Positions 1 to 12,066 of a stretch of 64,000 nt of DNA are shown here, piece by piece (the stretch's first letter is position 1; every line of letters starts with the position of its first letter). Source of the stretch: Tubiluchus corallicola (Eukaryota; Animalia; Priapulida); the NCBI GenBank assembly GCA_030141605.1, contig JAQGDQ010000108.1, forward strand, positions 124,001 to 188,000, written 5' to 3'. Under the pieces are notes generated by a model. It saw only the letters and a program-made list of their open reading frames with translations. It had not been told where the DNA came from and made no database searches. A program made the position numbers and the translations under genes.

Positions 1-2885
1 ACTAATTGTTGTAATATCGTGATAAGATTTCAACACACTAGTAATATTTTCGAGTATTTTTCGTACAGCCGAACGTGCCCGAGGTACTTGGTTGGCCTGG
101 TTTCGTGTAGGTTTAGTTTGACCTCGTAAGTTGTTTCTTTGTGTCATAGTTAAGCACAAATTTGTCATTGTCGAATAATGGTGCATGTCGTAGATCAGCA
201 ATAAAGTGAGATAGTTCGTGAACGCACTTGTAACGCAGGTTTTATTACATACAAGTGTGATCTTGCGTATTTATAAACTGATACGTAATTTGAAATAGAA
301 ATGATGTTATAAAATGCGTAACTCCCGGCGTGTAGATCATGGTCAATTTTGTCAGGTTTGTTTTTTATGTATTTTAAGTTTTGGCCCTTTTAAGCAAGTG
401 TTAATTTCATTTTTTATGTGATAGAAGTATTTATTGATGTATTATTTTATGTTGTAATCATGATGTAAAAATATGTAACTTTTGAAGAGCATGGGTGTAA
501 AGCGTCAATGTACATTTGTACTATAGCGTTACCGTTTTGCTTTCATATCAAAATAACCACAGCGAAAGAACAGTTCAGCGTATAATAAGTGTGGAAATGG
601 AAATTTAGCAAATATTTCTGATTCCGTAGAATCATTCAGCCTCATCAAAATGTTGTTAGACGCAGCATTGTCGTTAACCGTGAAACATCGGGACGACCAT
701 AGAACATTTTATTAAGTAAACTGTATTTGGGCAAATTATGTACAACTTTGGATTTCTCGGCCTGTCTCAAAAGTAGTTTGAGACAGCAGTGAAACCGTCT
801 CAAAGATTTTTTGCTATTCTTGCGAGATTTACAGACCTGCCGTTTTCAGGGATTATCACGTAAACAATTCTACGCCATACTAGTAATTAAAAATTATGAT
901 AGTTTTGTACTAGTGTTTTTCAGAATATCACAGGTTTCATGGATACCGGTTACATTATTTAAAATCATTTCTTTTTTATTTTTTAATATCTTGATGTTGT
1001 GAAGATATTTTTGTTAATAAATTAAGAGTACGTAATTTACACTCACTTTAAATGAATTATTTTTTCCTTAGATAAAAATCCTTAATTGTAGCATAAAACG
1101 AGCATACAAAAAGGCATCCAAACAGACAAAAAACTGCTGACAGATACAGGCATGCGGCAGTTAAACAAACGACAAGACAACTAGAAAGTTAACTAAATAA
1201 GCAACCGAACGAACACGCAGAGAGACGAACAAACAAAAAAACAAGAACTTACAAGTAATTGATAGCAAATTGATCTTGAACAGATTCTTTAGATGCATTA
1301 AGATGACACAAAATGCCAGCAGTACATAAATCAACTTTAGTAAGTATAAATAAATCCGTAGTTACCCAAATCAGCAATCCAAATAGCAGTAACAGAGGGT
1401 GTCACAAATTTACAATAAGTAAGTACTGAGTGTCACAAGCAGTTTTACACATTTTCTGCGAAAAATAAACTAAAATATTATGTAACCTCACGTTTTTTCA
1501 GCTTAGTAAACTCTGAGTAAACAACTTAGAGCCATGATATTGCCTTACATAATGTCAGACATCATCAGACGATGAGGAATAATTTCAAATAATAATTTAA
1601 AATCATGCTAAAACAATAGTTTTATGGTAGTAATGCTACGAGTATAGGAACAGTCACACAGAAAAAATAAACAAAAATAAAAGATGTAAAACAAAACCCA
1701 TCACAAATAATTTACAATGGAAACAATGTAATTAGGAAAAAAGATGTTCTGTGGAGTAGAACCATTATGATTTAAGCCAAATTTGAAAGCTTTACAATCA
1801 AAGCATATTCAAATATGTACCTTTTGTAACCTTATTAAAAGGATAAAAATGTTTGGTTCTGTTAAAATAAAAAATGGTGTCAGTTACTGTCACATGCTTA
1901 GAAAAAACACATTCAAGTTTTAGTTGCGCGTGCTTCCTTTTGTCCTTTTAATTTGCACATCGAAAACTTAAAGAACATTTGGCAACCTCATGCAATGAAA
2001 CACTGCGTAGTTTTAATTGCGACTGAAAGTTGATGAACGGATAGACGACGCGAGTGAAAGAAGTAATTTAGACAATTTTAATTATTACTGATGTATCGTT
2101 CAGTGTAGCAGTTATAAAAGAACTGCAAAACCTTCTCAACCGGTAATTAAGCCTAAAACGTTTTAAGCGACTTATGTTTATATACAACTTTACCCTAGTT
2201 ACTATTACCTTTTACACTGAAAATAGTATCATCACGGGAAAGGAGCAGCAACAAGCTGACAAACCATCTAGGCTGTGCTTATTATATTAATCTCGACGCG
2301 AGCGTTACTAAGTACACTTTTGGTCATGAAAGGAAAATCATTATTACGAAACATGAAAACTAATCGGTAGCCAGGCGATTAGATCTCAATCGGCAGTTGG
2401 TATCCAGGTAATTCTTTATTAATAATTAACACATCATGGAAATTGAGCATCGTCACTGCTACGTATAATGGGATTTCACTCTTGTGGTGCTTTAGCAAGA
2501 GGATCAGTGTGGGATATTTACATTTGGCAAGCGTGCCGGGTTATGTTCGTGTAAGCTTATTTATTCTACGATTTTATGCTACAATTTCCAAAGTGTTCTG
2601 TTGTCGTTGTCGTCATTGAAAAGCACAGCTTTTATCTTAACTTTGATTTAACTGTAAATTTTCTCTTTCACGATATTTCTGTTGTGTATAAATAGTGTGA
2701 TGTTACGTTTTTACACATACTTAACGATATTATGGTATTCAGGTATTATGTCACTATGCGGTATAGTGTCACAGTAATAACCAAATTATTTGTTCATTAC
2801 GATCTGTCCTATACTCACCATCGTATACTCACGTTTAGTTAAATATTTTAACTCGTGACTATTCCGCTCGAATGTAGTAACAATA

Positions 2886-3853
2886 GCACAGGCAAAAATG
2901 GCACAGGAAAAATGGCATGGTAAAAATGGCACGTGTTATTTTAATACAAATAGTTTCTGTAATTTAACTAAAATGCGCTTAGTAAGAAGCGGACTTTATC
3001 CAAGGTGACAAAATCCTAAACATGTTCATCAGACAAGCGAACATACAAAAATATAGCTGTATAAGTATTATATAGACTAGCAAAGGATTAGGCAGAAAAT
3101 AATCAACAATGCACAAACATTCCACATGTTTTTCTACATTTCTTTAACAATTTGGCAGTGACAAAAAGACTGACAAATACATGTATTTACGTGCGAAGTC
3201 AGATTATAGGGCTATATTAATGTACAATCAAAGATTACAGACAGCGTTACACAGTTTTCCAAGCGAGAGAAACTGAAACCTGCATCCATATCGTAGTTTT
3301 GTCCTGGTGGAGATTAATTAATCTATCTCGTAGCCAAGTCCTCTTTTTTCAGAGCTTTGACACACTGACAGTCCCTCTGAGACATCCACGAAGCACTTCA
3401 CGAATTTTTTTATGTGGCGTTTAGTCAAATCTTGTGAAAAAGGAACAGGCGAAAAAACGCCTTGTTTTGACAGTTTTCACGCACTCCTCCTGTCAAGGAG
3501 TCTGATTCAAAATGCATTTTTGTCCCCACATCCACAAACCTTCACAACTTTTCGTGTAAAGCAGTTAAGTAGTTTTTGCGCAATAGACTTACTGCTGTAT
3601 AAAAGATAAAAACAACCAACCAACCAACCAACTAACCAACCAACCAAACAAACAAACAAATAAACAAACAAACAAACAAACAAATAAATACTGACAAACA
3701 AACAGCATTGACGCAAAATAATTATCCCCCACTATAACCATAACTTTAAACTAATATTTTGTAAGCGTGCCATTTTATTCCTATTTTTCCATTTATGCCT
3801 CTTTCCTGTGTTATTTTTTTCGTGCCATTTTTACCACGCCATTTTTATTGTGC
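2886..3853. mobile_element. Foldback-like element with tandem-repeat inverted termini
   Basis: Left arm has repeated AAAAATGGCA(CAGG) units (2886-2935); right arm has the complementary TGCCATTTTT units (3766-3853). Confidence 0.55.
3611..3702. repeat. (CAAC)n/(CAAA)n simple repeat
   Basis: Directly visible. Confidence 0.85.
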
Positions 3854-3916
3854 AACTATTGACTCACAGTTGAATCTCATCTTTGGTAAACTGGCGAGTA
3901 TGTCTGAATGGTGACC

Positions 3917-4055
3917 GGTAATAAAGTCACAGAAAAAAAACACAATTTCGGCTAGGGTTAGGGTTAGGATTATGGTTAGGGGTTAGCGTTAGGGTTAGGG
4001 TTATTTCATTTTTCCTGTGACTTTTTCTGACTTTTTTACCTGTGACTTTATTACC
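3917..4055. mobile_element. Small hairpin element with 16-bp TIRs and a TTAGGG core
   Basis: ggtaataaagtcacag ... ctgtgactttattacc enclosing degenerate (TTAGGG)n at ~3953-4003. Confidence 0.75.
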
Positions 4056-5018
4056 TGGATTACCTGGAATATTCTGCAAGCTGTCGGTATCATTGTCATC
4101 TAAAAGCTAAGAATTATTTTTGAATTATATGCACATGCCACCTAAAAGCTAAGAATTGTTTGTTAATTTATTGGGAAGCTCTTACTATAGCTTCCCAATG
4201 ACATTGACGATGACATAGACCAATGACATAGACCAATGACTTCCCGATGACATAGACCAAGATAGACTGCATAGTATTTTTTATCGATTTCTCGTCAACA
4301 CACATGTAAATGTTTAAATCTTCTTAATCAAATAGTTTATAATACTGAAATCATGGACATCAAGTAGAATATAATTTGAAGGCAGCTAGTTAATAAACCA
4401 CATAATATACACAAGCAGAAAGAAGTAGAATGGAAGTTGACGACAGGCACTTGTTTCAATTTTGTGACAGCAAGTTTCAAATTATTGCTTATGCAGCTGT
4501 TTGCATGTGAACTAAAATCGTTCTGATTTGTTTAATCTCGATTTCATCTTTATCGGAATTTCTTTATTATAGCTGGAACATCATGACAACACATTATGAC
4601 GCCATAATTAGGGCTTTAAACTAAATAAGAAATGATTGTCCATCCATTCTATTTGTATGAAAAAAATTGTTGCGGCTACCATAACAATATGCACGCACAT
4701 GTGCTGATATTGTATTTCCATAATTCTCGGATTTGTACCATTATCGAGTAACTTCTTTTTTGCTAATAATTGGAATGTATTATATCGGAATACATTCGAG
4801 CTAACGTTCGAATTGCATCATAATTATACTGTTGCTCTATGATGTGAACTGACGTCATATGAATCTACATTGTGCGCAATAAATAAGATTCCACATTCCA
4901 CGCTTTGGTGTAACATTGACAACTTGACATAAGACCATCCTGGTCTTTACATTAGTTTGATTTTGTTCACAATTTATAGCAAAAACTCTATTAACGTTTA
5001 TTGTCGACTTTTTACAGG

Positions 5019-5363
5019 TTGAGTTTTGTCAGTGTGCGACATGCAAGTTCCCTTTTGGCATGAATCCAAAATATTTTGCTGTGCACAAACCAAAAATGGC
5101 AAGACAGAATCTTAAACAGTTAAACAAACCGAAGATGGGGACGACTCATTACAGTCACTTTTACACCATTCTCACTTGCCACATTATCGTGAACGTTATT
5201 GGGTTTCATGGTGCTCATACCATAACTGATGTTTCAAAAGTCGTTTGCCAGAGATCTTGTCTGCAAACAGGAACGATAGTCAACAGATGGGACAGCAATG
5301 GTGTTCTAACGGAAAATGAATGTTTTGTAACGGATTGCGAGCGCCCCTTGCTAACCTGGTTAG
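5019..5363 (+). CDS. Uncharacterised protein, candidate exon (Cys-rich start VEFCQCATCKFPFGMNP)
   Basis: TTTTTACAG| acceptor near 5018, open frame, donor TTAG|GTATGA phase 1 compatible with the 7066 exon. Frame at the acceptor and the start codon are unresolved. Confidence 0.4.
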
Positions 5364-5501
5364 GTATGAACGCAAAGCTAAATGTTAATTTATACCACAC
5401 ACATTTGTTTAGTGCCGTTCTACTTTCAGGTAGGCCTACTCAGTAGAAAGCTTTTGTCACCAACAGGTTTTAGAAAATAGTTGTTATAAATGCTGAGATG
5501 T

Positions 5502-5657
5502 CTGTCTAGAAACATTCTAATGGAAAGGTGCCTTATGCCGCTAAAGCAAGTTGATTTTTTATGCCCATATGCGTGATTGCTGTCTAGAAACATTCTAATG
5601 GAAAGGTGCCTTATGCCGCTAAAGCAAGTTGATTTTTTATGCCCATATGCGTGATTG
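5502..5657. repeat. Perfect 78-bp tandem duplication
   Basis: ctgtctagaaacattc...atatgcgtgattg occurs at 5502-5579 and 5580-5657. Confidence 0.92.
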
Positions 5658-7065
5658 GCTTCAAAACGTTGTTTATTTTACTACACTTTTACAAAAGTGT
5701 TTTTATACGTACATTTACTGTTAGCTGGTGACTGACCTAGGTCGCTGTTTTTGTTGGCTTTTGATTTTTTTAAATTTTTCAAGCTACGGCTCCAGTTGAG
5801 TGACCTGATAGCAGATATGTTAGATTCACTAACAATAATTACTGAATGAACAATAATCTTAAGAAAACCAAAAAATACAAAAAAAAACTTAGGAGTGTCG
5901 GTTGCCATTTGTTCCTTGTTTAAAATAGTGCAACTTTGCATCTAATATGTTCCTGACTTGCTAATATGATACAGAATTCACTTCTGTCTTGTCACATAAT
6001 AATTCTTATAATTTAGAAAAAAATGTGGCGGCTACGAAATTCCTTGCAAAACTTATAGTTATGTTAGGGCGCTCTTGTAGAAATTTATAAATGTGCAAAT
6101 TAGAATAAGGAAGACATACAACAACCAAAAACCTGAAAGTGTTTTGGCTATCGGGTGAAAGAAATTAGCCGCAGCTTGGATTTTAATAGGCAAAATTTTA
6201 TATCCATATAAAACAACAAAAAGACGCCGCCAAATCTGTATTAATCGTGAAACATCTAAATTTAGATTTGGATCAATATCAAGATTTCTTCAAAACATCT
6301 TATTGTTAAAATATATCGCTTCCATGACTAATTACTCATGACAGTTTCTGTTTATATCTTTTGTTTTTTTATGATTATTGCCTCTATAGTCACTGGCAGT
6401 TTCAAAACAGTGTTTTGGTTAGATCTCAAATTATGTAGAGTGGGAAAAGATGAATGGTAAATTATATCGCAAGAAATTTTCCATATTAAGTTATGGTACT
6501 TGGTTATCCAATTACCCGTTTGAAAGACTTATGCAATTGAAAAAGAAAATCCTTAATAATTTAAAATATTTATGCCACCTGGGAAAAGGGCACTGCATGG
6601 CCATCCCAGTGTACACCACTGTCCCACCATAAAGCGCATTATTAATATTCCTAACGATATGAAGTAATTTATACTTTTGCTGAATTAGCAAAGTGCGTTA
6701 CAGATGCTCTGATTGTTTTTCAAATTTTACGAAATGTTATTTGTAGTTGTTATAAGTTGTTTATTGTTAAAATGGCTTCGCCTAATGATCATCGTGGGAG
6801 TTTAATTTTGCAAGTTTTGTGCATAGCATTACTGCTCATACAGTCTTTGTTTGCAGTAAGACAGCATGCAAAATTGTGCTTTAATTTTTTTTCACACCTG
6901 ACGATGACTACAAGTGTGCAGCAGAAACTTGTGATTATTAAATAAAAAATGATAAAAATTGAAATTGGCAGTTATTGTGAGATATTTAACAAATTGACAC
7001 CGTTCTTGCTATATTAAGAATCTAAAAGCTTTCTCCATAACCGCAATAATGTTGTTTACTTGCAG

Positions 7066-7931
7066 AACATTCCGGAAATCAGACAACTGAGTTCCAAGGC
7101 CCGAATTCTGGCAGAACTGTATCATTTGGTAACGGGAATGACACCAGTAATAAAAGTAACCACACTCTACCCATCAAGAGTGTTAACCACACTCTTTCCA
7201 CGAAGGAAACCACGGACACTCCCTATATGAACAAAAACAGCAACCATGGCTGCACTTGTAGCTGCAAGACACCTAGGGCTGATCAAACGCAGAGGTGCGC
7301 AAAACCAGCTTGTAACAAGAAACATGAAAACAGTAATACGAAACAAACGTGTTTCAAAAGCGACAAAAAAGATGGCAAGCTAAGCGAAAATGTTGTTAAT
7401 CGTGAGCAAGATTATAAGATTTCCAAAACGGGCGACCAAGATACTTGCCCGTGGAATAATACGAAGGTTAGTGATGAAAACACTAAAACTGGCAGCTTAA
7501 AACAAAAACATACAACAAATGCTAATAACAAAGTGAATATAGATGACACGAAAATCGACAAATCGGAACAAGGAGGTAACGTTTCTATTGAAGCAAAAGC
7601 GGTTGCAAGTGATAAAGTTGCTCAGTATAGTATTATGCAGCAAATAGATCGAGAAAAGTGGTTGCAGCTTCATCTGAAAACAGGCGATAAAAGCAGCTCT
7701 GGATTAGAAAAGAAAAGGATGAATAGCAAGCCTTCTTCTAAGCCTGAAAATTCTCCATCACCCGTTGAAGATAGAACTAATAATTTGCTAACGCTGAATC
7801 AACATCTTTTGAGAGAAATAGCTGAAATACGATCGGAATGTTGTGGCGAGAACGAATCGTTTAAGTTGAAAAGCTTTGGGAAATACATTATTTCACGTAA
7901 GCCTTTTTGGCACAACTTGACGTTGGCGTAG
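7066..7931 (+). CDS. Uncharacterised low-complexity (K/N/S/T-rich) protein, terminal exon
   Basis: TTACTTGCAG| acceptor; frame open from 7066 through the 234-aa ORF to TAG at 7931 (866 nt), unusually long for AT-rich noncoding DNA. Confidence 0.62.
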
Positions 7932-8177
7932 AAATTGCTACTACATAATTTCGTTGAGTTTCATAACTTTTGAAGAAATAGATGTTCAGTTAACGAGAAT
8001 TTGTTTAAGAAACGTCTGCTTTTATTTTTACTGTCCCACACGTTGTTTTCGCGTTTTTGTTTATAATGTGTTTACAAAAGCCGTTGGCTACGTTTATTTA
8101 AAACACGTAATTTAAAAATTCTCATGTTCTTTAAATACGACGAAGCGACAGCTGAACTGATAACAATTTTTCGCTTG

Positions 8178-8551
8178 TTATGGTAAATCTAGATTAGTCG
8201 TTCCTATTTTGGCCATGCTGCTCTTTCGTCGCGGAATAAAGTACGGTATTGTATTTGTGGCAATCCGAATAGCAAACGTTTTTTTATTTATCGGTAAAGC
8301 CATTAAACTATCGTAATCTATGCATATGTCTCGCAGGGTTTCAATATTTTCTATCTCCTCTCGCAAACCATTTACTTCTTCCAATAATGCATCCCTGAGA
8401 ACAACTCTTTTGTTTAATTCTTTTACTACAGTTTCCTGTTTTTCCGTTTCAGCATCATCATCTACGTGGCCCAACTCTTCTGTTAGATGGGTCAAATTTG
8501 CTTCAATTTTCCTCAGTCGTGGAATTGCATCTCTTCGATTAGCGAAATAAT
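8178..8551 (-). CDS. CLHC1/TSNAXIP1-N-like protein, terminal exon 4
   Basis: TTTTTAAG| acceptor phase 1, acidic coiled-coil sequence open to TAA at 8178. All four exons join in frame (795 nt, 264 aa). Confidence 0.68.
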
Positions 8552-8634
8552 CTTAAAAATATAACAAAAGTTGTTGCAGTCATACTAGGTGAAAATTGTG
8601 ATTTGTGTTGACAATCTACACACTTTCGGCTAAA

Positions 8635-8757
8635 GTTTACAATTCCCCACACACAAGAAATTAGTTCATGAAGCGGATTAGGGTTAAGGTTGGGTTGGGA
8701 TTAAGGTTACGGTTAAGGTTAGGGCTAGGCTATTTATATTGTGTGGGGAATTATAAC
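8635..8757. mobile_element. Small hairpin element with a TTAGGG-like core (intron of the CLHC1-like gene)
   Basis: gtttacaattccccacaca ... tgtgtggggaattataac enclosing ttagggttaaggttgggttggg...ttagggctagg. Confidence 0.7.
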
Positions 8758-9254
8758 CTCTCACATTTTTCATATATACAATTCGGCTCACTGCAAACCG
8801 GTATCCAATATTCAACGACAAGGCCTACATACATGTGTGTCAATTAAGCATTTGTGACGAGACTGGAAGACAGACCTGTAAGACGAGGCATCGAACCGAT
8901 AAAGGTGTCGCAGCTACGTTCGAATATGAATGCATCCAAACTTTACATTCTTTACAAGGTAAACAACTACAGTCAATAAGGGGAAAATTATCTCACTGTG
9001 AAAATCGAAACAGTTCATATATCCGTTAAATGACCAGCCTCGGCGCCATTTTTAAGTATCATACAAATACCATTTTAATACCAGGTACTGTTTCAATCAC
9101 ACATTTGACTAGCATTTAATTTCGCTAATTTTGCAAGATATCTCCTAAATTAAAAGTGAGTTTTAGAAAACAACAAGCAACAGGGGACTTTTGGTTTCCC
9201 ACTGACCACCTCTCAGTATGTACAAACAATATTTGAAGTCCTCTGTAATATCAC

Positions 9255-9409
9255 CTATTATGTTCCTAGCTGCTGCCCGAGCTTTTCGGTACAATTCAGT
9301 GTCTGGCGGAGGCGATGGTTCTGGCACTATTTCCTTGGCTACTAGTTCAGCTTTGCCCAGTTCAAGTCTTTGTTGTAGTTGCTGTGAATTGGCTTCTAAC
9401 TCAGTGATT
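9255..9409 (-). CDS. CLHC1/TSNAXIP1-N-like protein, exon 3
   Basis: TTGTTCTAG| acceptor phase 2 (RITELEANSQQLQQRLE, coiled coil), donor AG|GTGATA phase 1. Confidence 0.68.
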
Positions 9410-10479
9410 CTAGAACAAACGCCCAACATAAGTGCTGAATAATCAATTTTAAAAGCGCAATTTTAAAAGAAAATTCAAATATTTGTCTTTGTTTGTTCTT
9501 CCGTCGCCTATTTGAATCTCGCTTTGATGCATATATTTTAAAACTTACTCTGTTTTGCAATTCTGAAGTTCATACTGTCATACTAAAAAAATCTCCTGAA
9601 CATGTTAACAAACGTTTAGTTGGAACAAGTCTTGGGACAAACTCTTGGTAAAGCTGCAATAATTAGAGTTGCAGGCTCAATTCGCGTAGATTTTTCTAGT
9701 ATATTATTTACGTGAAAAGCTTCCTTCACAACTATGTTCCCAACTTCATTAACTCCAGGTAGTAAGTCCAGATATAATTTGCGCGTAAATTTATTTTAAA
9801 ATTCGGATTATAGCTGGGGTGTTTCAGGTGTTGTTTTTCCCCATTCTCTGCAGCAAAAGTTTGCAGGAAAAAAATTTCATGTACAGGAAATAATAATTCA
9901 CGCAAGATTTAAGATTCCACAAACTTTGCGAAGGTCTCTGTAATTAAGTATGCTAACATACCCAAATAGGCGATTGCACCCACTCACGTCTTTAGGAGTA
10001 GCAAATTCTTAATTGAAATTTTCAAATAAATTCAAGTTCACTGCGGAGTTATAATTATACCAGTTTTTAACAACCGCTTTCTTCGCACTCCAAAGCATAA
10101 TACAAGGAGAGCATGGTACAGTGCAAGTATCTACAGTATGGAAGTGTGCACACTATGCAAAATCTGTCTGGCAAATTTTTCGGACATAGATTTTTGCTAC
10201 TTTGCGGATGTACAATTTTATTAAACATGTTTTAATTTCCGTGTATAACAAACTCGTAGCGCTCGTCCTTACCAGTGTTTTTGTCACGTATCACCGGGTA
10301 AACGCTTACTCACTTGATTGAAGTTATCCATGACACTGACTGCTGCGCACAAAAACTAGAGCGTGCGGGTTATTTTTTCGCAGACATTTTTACAGTGTGC
10401 GACCTGCAACGGGAGTAACACAGGTAGCAAAAAAAAGTAAAGAAGATTAATAAATTATGAAAGACGAAATCATTAAAAC

Positions 10480-10670
10480 CTTTGTTGCAGCTGCTTAATT
10501 CTCCTACAATGGTACTCATAAGTTTCATCTCTATTGAGAGCAGCTTGAATATTTCCCTTTAGTGTAGTTGTTTCCGTGTTTCTAGCCTCCAAAACCTCGA
10601 CGCATGCGTCATATTCACACTTTAACAAACCCAGTAGTCGCCTGTATGCAGGCCTCGCGTCCTCTATCGT
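10480..10670 (-). CDS. CLHC1/TSNAXIP1-N-like protein, exon 2
   Basis: TTACAG| acceptor, AG|GTTTTA donor. TIEDARPAYRRLLGLLKCEYDACVE...LKGNIQ...YHCRRIKQLQQR resembles the recalled CLHC1 N-terminal pattern (IE..TAYK.IL..IK.EYD.FIE). Confidence 0.72.
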
Positions 10671-11127
10671 CTGTAAGTAAAAACATGCATGAAAAAATAC
10701 ACCCACTAAAACAGTGGATTCTCACATGGCAAATACTTAGGCCGTTTTAACCAACAGTAAGAATTTTAACCAAAGTACGAGTTGGTAGAAAGACTTCAGT
10801 CATGGGACGAATTCCAAACAAGAAAAGAACGTAGTGCGCTCTGTTCTGAATATAAAACAAAATACGAGGTTTATGACCCACTAAAATTACGTGTTCTTTT
10901 CTCAAATGACTGCAAACATTTTGTTTTAACAAATTGTTTAACATTGGTTCATGTAAAATTATAATACTGGGAAATTATTAAATGATAACTCAAAATGGAG
11001 GAATCCAGGAATCGCAAAGGCAGTAATGGCAACGCGTTTGTAAAGGACATAAAATAAGGCTAAAGCAACATAGACGCACACCAATATATAATAATATATA
11101 ATATAGGTATTTTTATTGTTTGTTTAC

Positions 11128-11202
11128 CTCTTCAAACAAATGCTGAGAAGCTGTATATTTCTCCCTTAGACTTTCTTCTTCTCCTATCTGCTTCTCATCC
11201 AT
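11128..11202 (-). CDS. CLHC1/TSNAXIP1-N-like coiled-coil protein, exon 1 (MDEKQIGEEESLREKYTASQHLFEE)
   Basis: ATG at 11202, donor GAG|GTAAAC phase 0, in frame with the next exon. The true start is uncertain because of an in-frame TGA at 11218-11220. Confidence 0.6.
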
Positions 11203-11961
11203 AACTTCTAAAATTTTTCAAAATGTTCTAAGTCGCTTAAAATTGGGCATTATGCGTATTTGGTGTAGGAGATTGATTTGTTGAAGCATCACAATGGCAG
11301 CGTCTTTTTGATCGTCGAATATATCTGTGGATGACGATTTCGCGATTTATGCAGACCTACAATGTTCTAGTAGACTTGCGCCTACTCTAGGCAGTAATAG
11401 CAAGTATACTGGTATGTTAGCGTTCACTGTGTAATAAAGCACTCATTATATGACATGTTACGTAACAAAATACTACATTATATAAGCAAATCACAAAATT
11501 CGCCATTATGAAAGAAATTACATATCATTACACATTTGTAATAAACCAGAATGTAACAAAAACCGTGCACTATGTAGCAGAATAACGTGGGTTGGGTCAT
11601 GATTTGTGCCTAGGTCTTGTCAAGGTCTGGATGTCAAGATTATTAGACAAAGTCAGTTTTTTTTCTTTTCAAGATGTGAGTCCATCTCGATCTGTTTTAC
11701 TGACTTGTCAGAGGTGTGATCTCTCCGAGCCTGACCTGTCAGAGGTCTGCTTTGGCTGCATTTGTCTTACACACAGATAGATATTTTTGGATCCGGTACG
11801 AATTGCTAGTTTTTGGTTAATGGTTATGTTGTTGGGGCAAGTTATTGCAACCAGTAAGTTCCATCGCAAGAAGTTGAAATCTCACACACACATGTAGCGT
11901 CCTATGGATTATAAGGAGGCCATATAGGGGTCCAATTTTTCCATTTAGATTTCTGACAGAT

Positions 11962-12066
11962 TTTCACAAAGCCGTCACTAACTTAACGACGTCGTTATTA
12001 ATAGTTAAGTGAATGTGATAACCACGTCGTTAATTTAGTGATGGCTTTGTGAAACCGGCCCCTGGG
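11962..12066. mobile_element. Hairpin MITE (Harbinger-like end ...GTGAAACCGGCCCC) nested in older inverted-repeat elements
   Basis: tttcacaaagccgtcactaacttaacgacgt / acgtcgttaatttagtgatggctttgtgaaa are near-perfect inverted arms. Confidence 0.7.

Noticed and set aside
762-786. Hairpin CTGTCTCAAA-agtag-TTTGAGACAG
   Set aside because: Isolated short palindrome, probably a transposon remnant; no supportable function.
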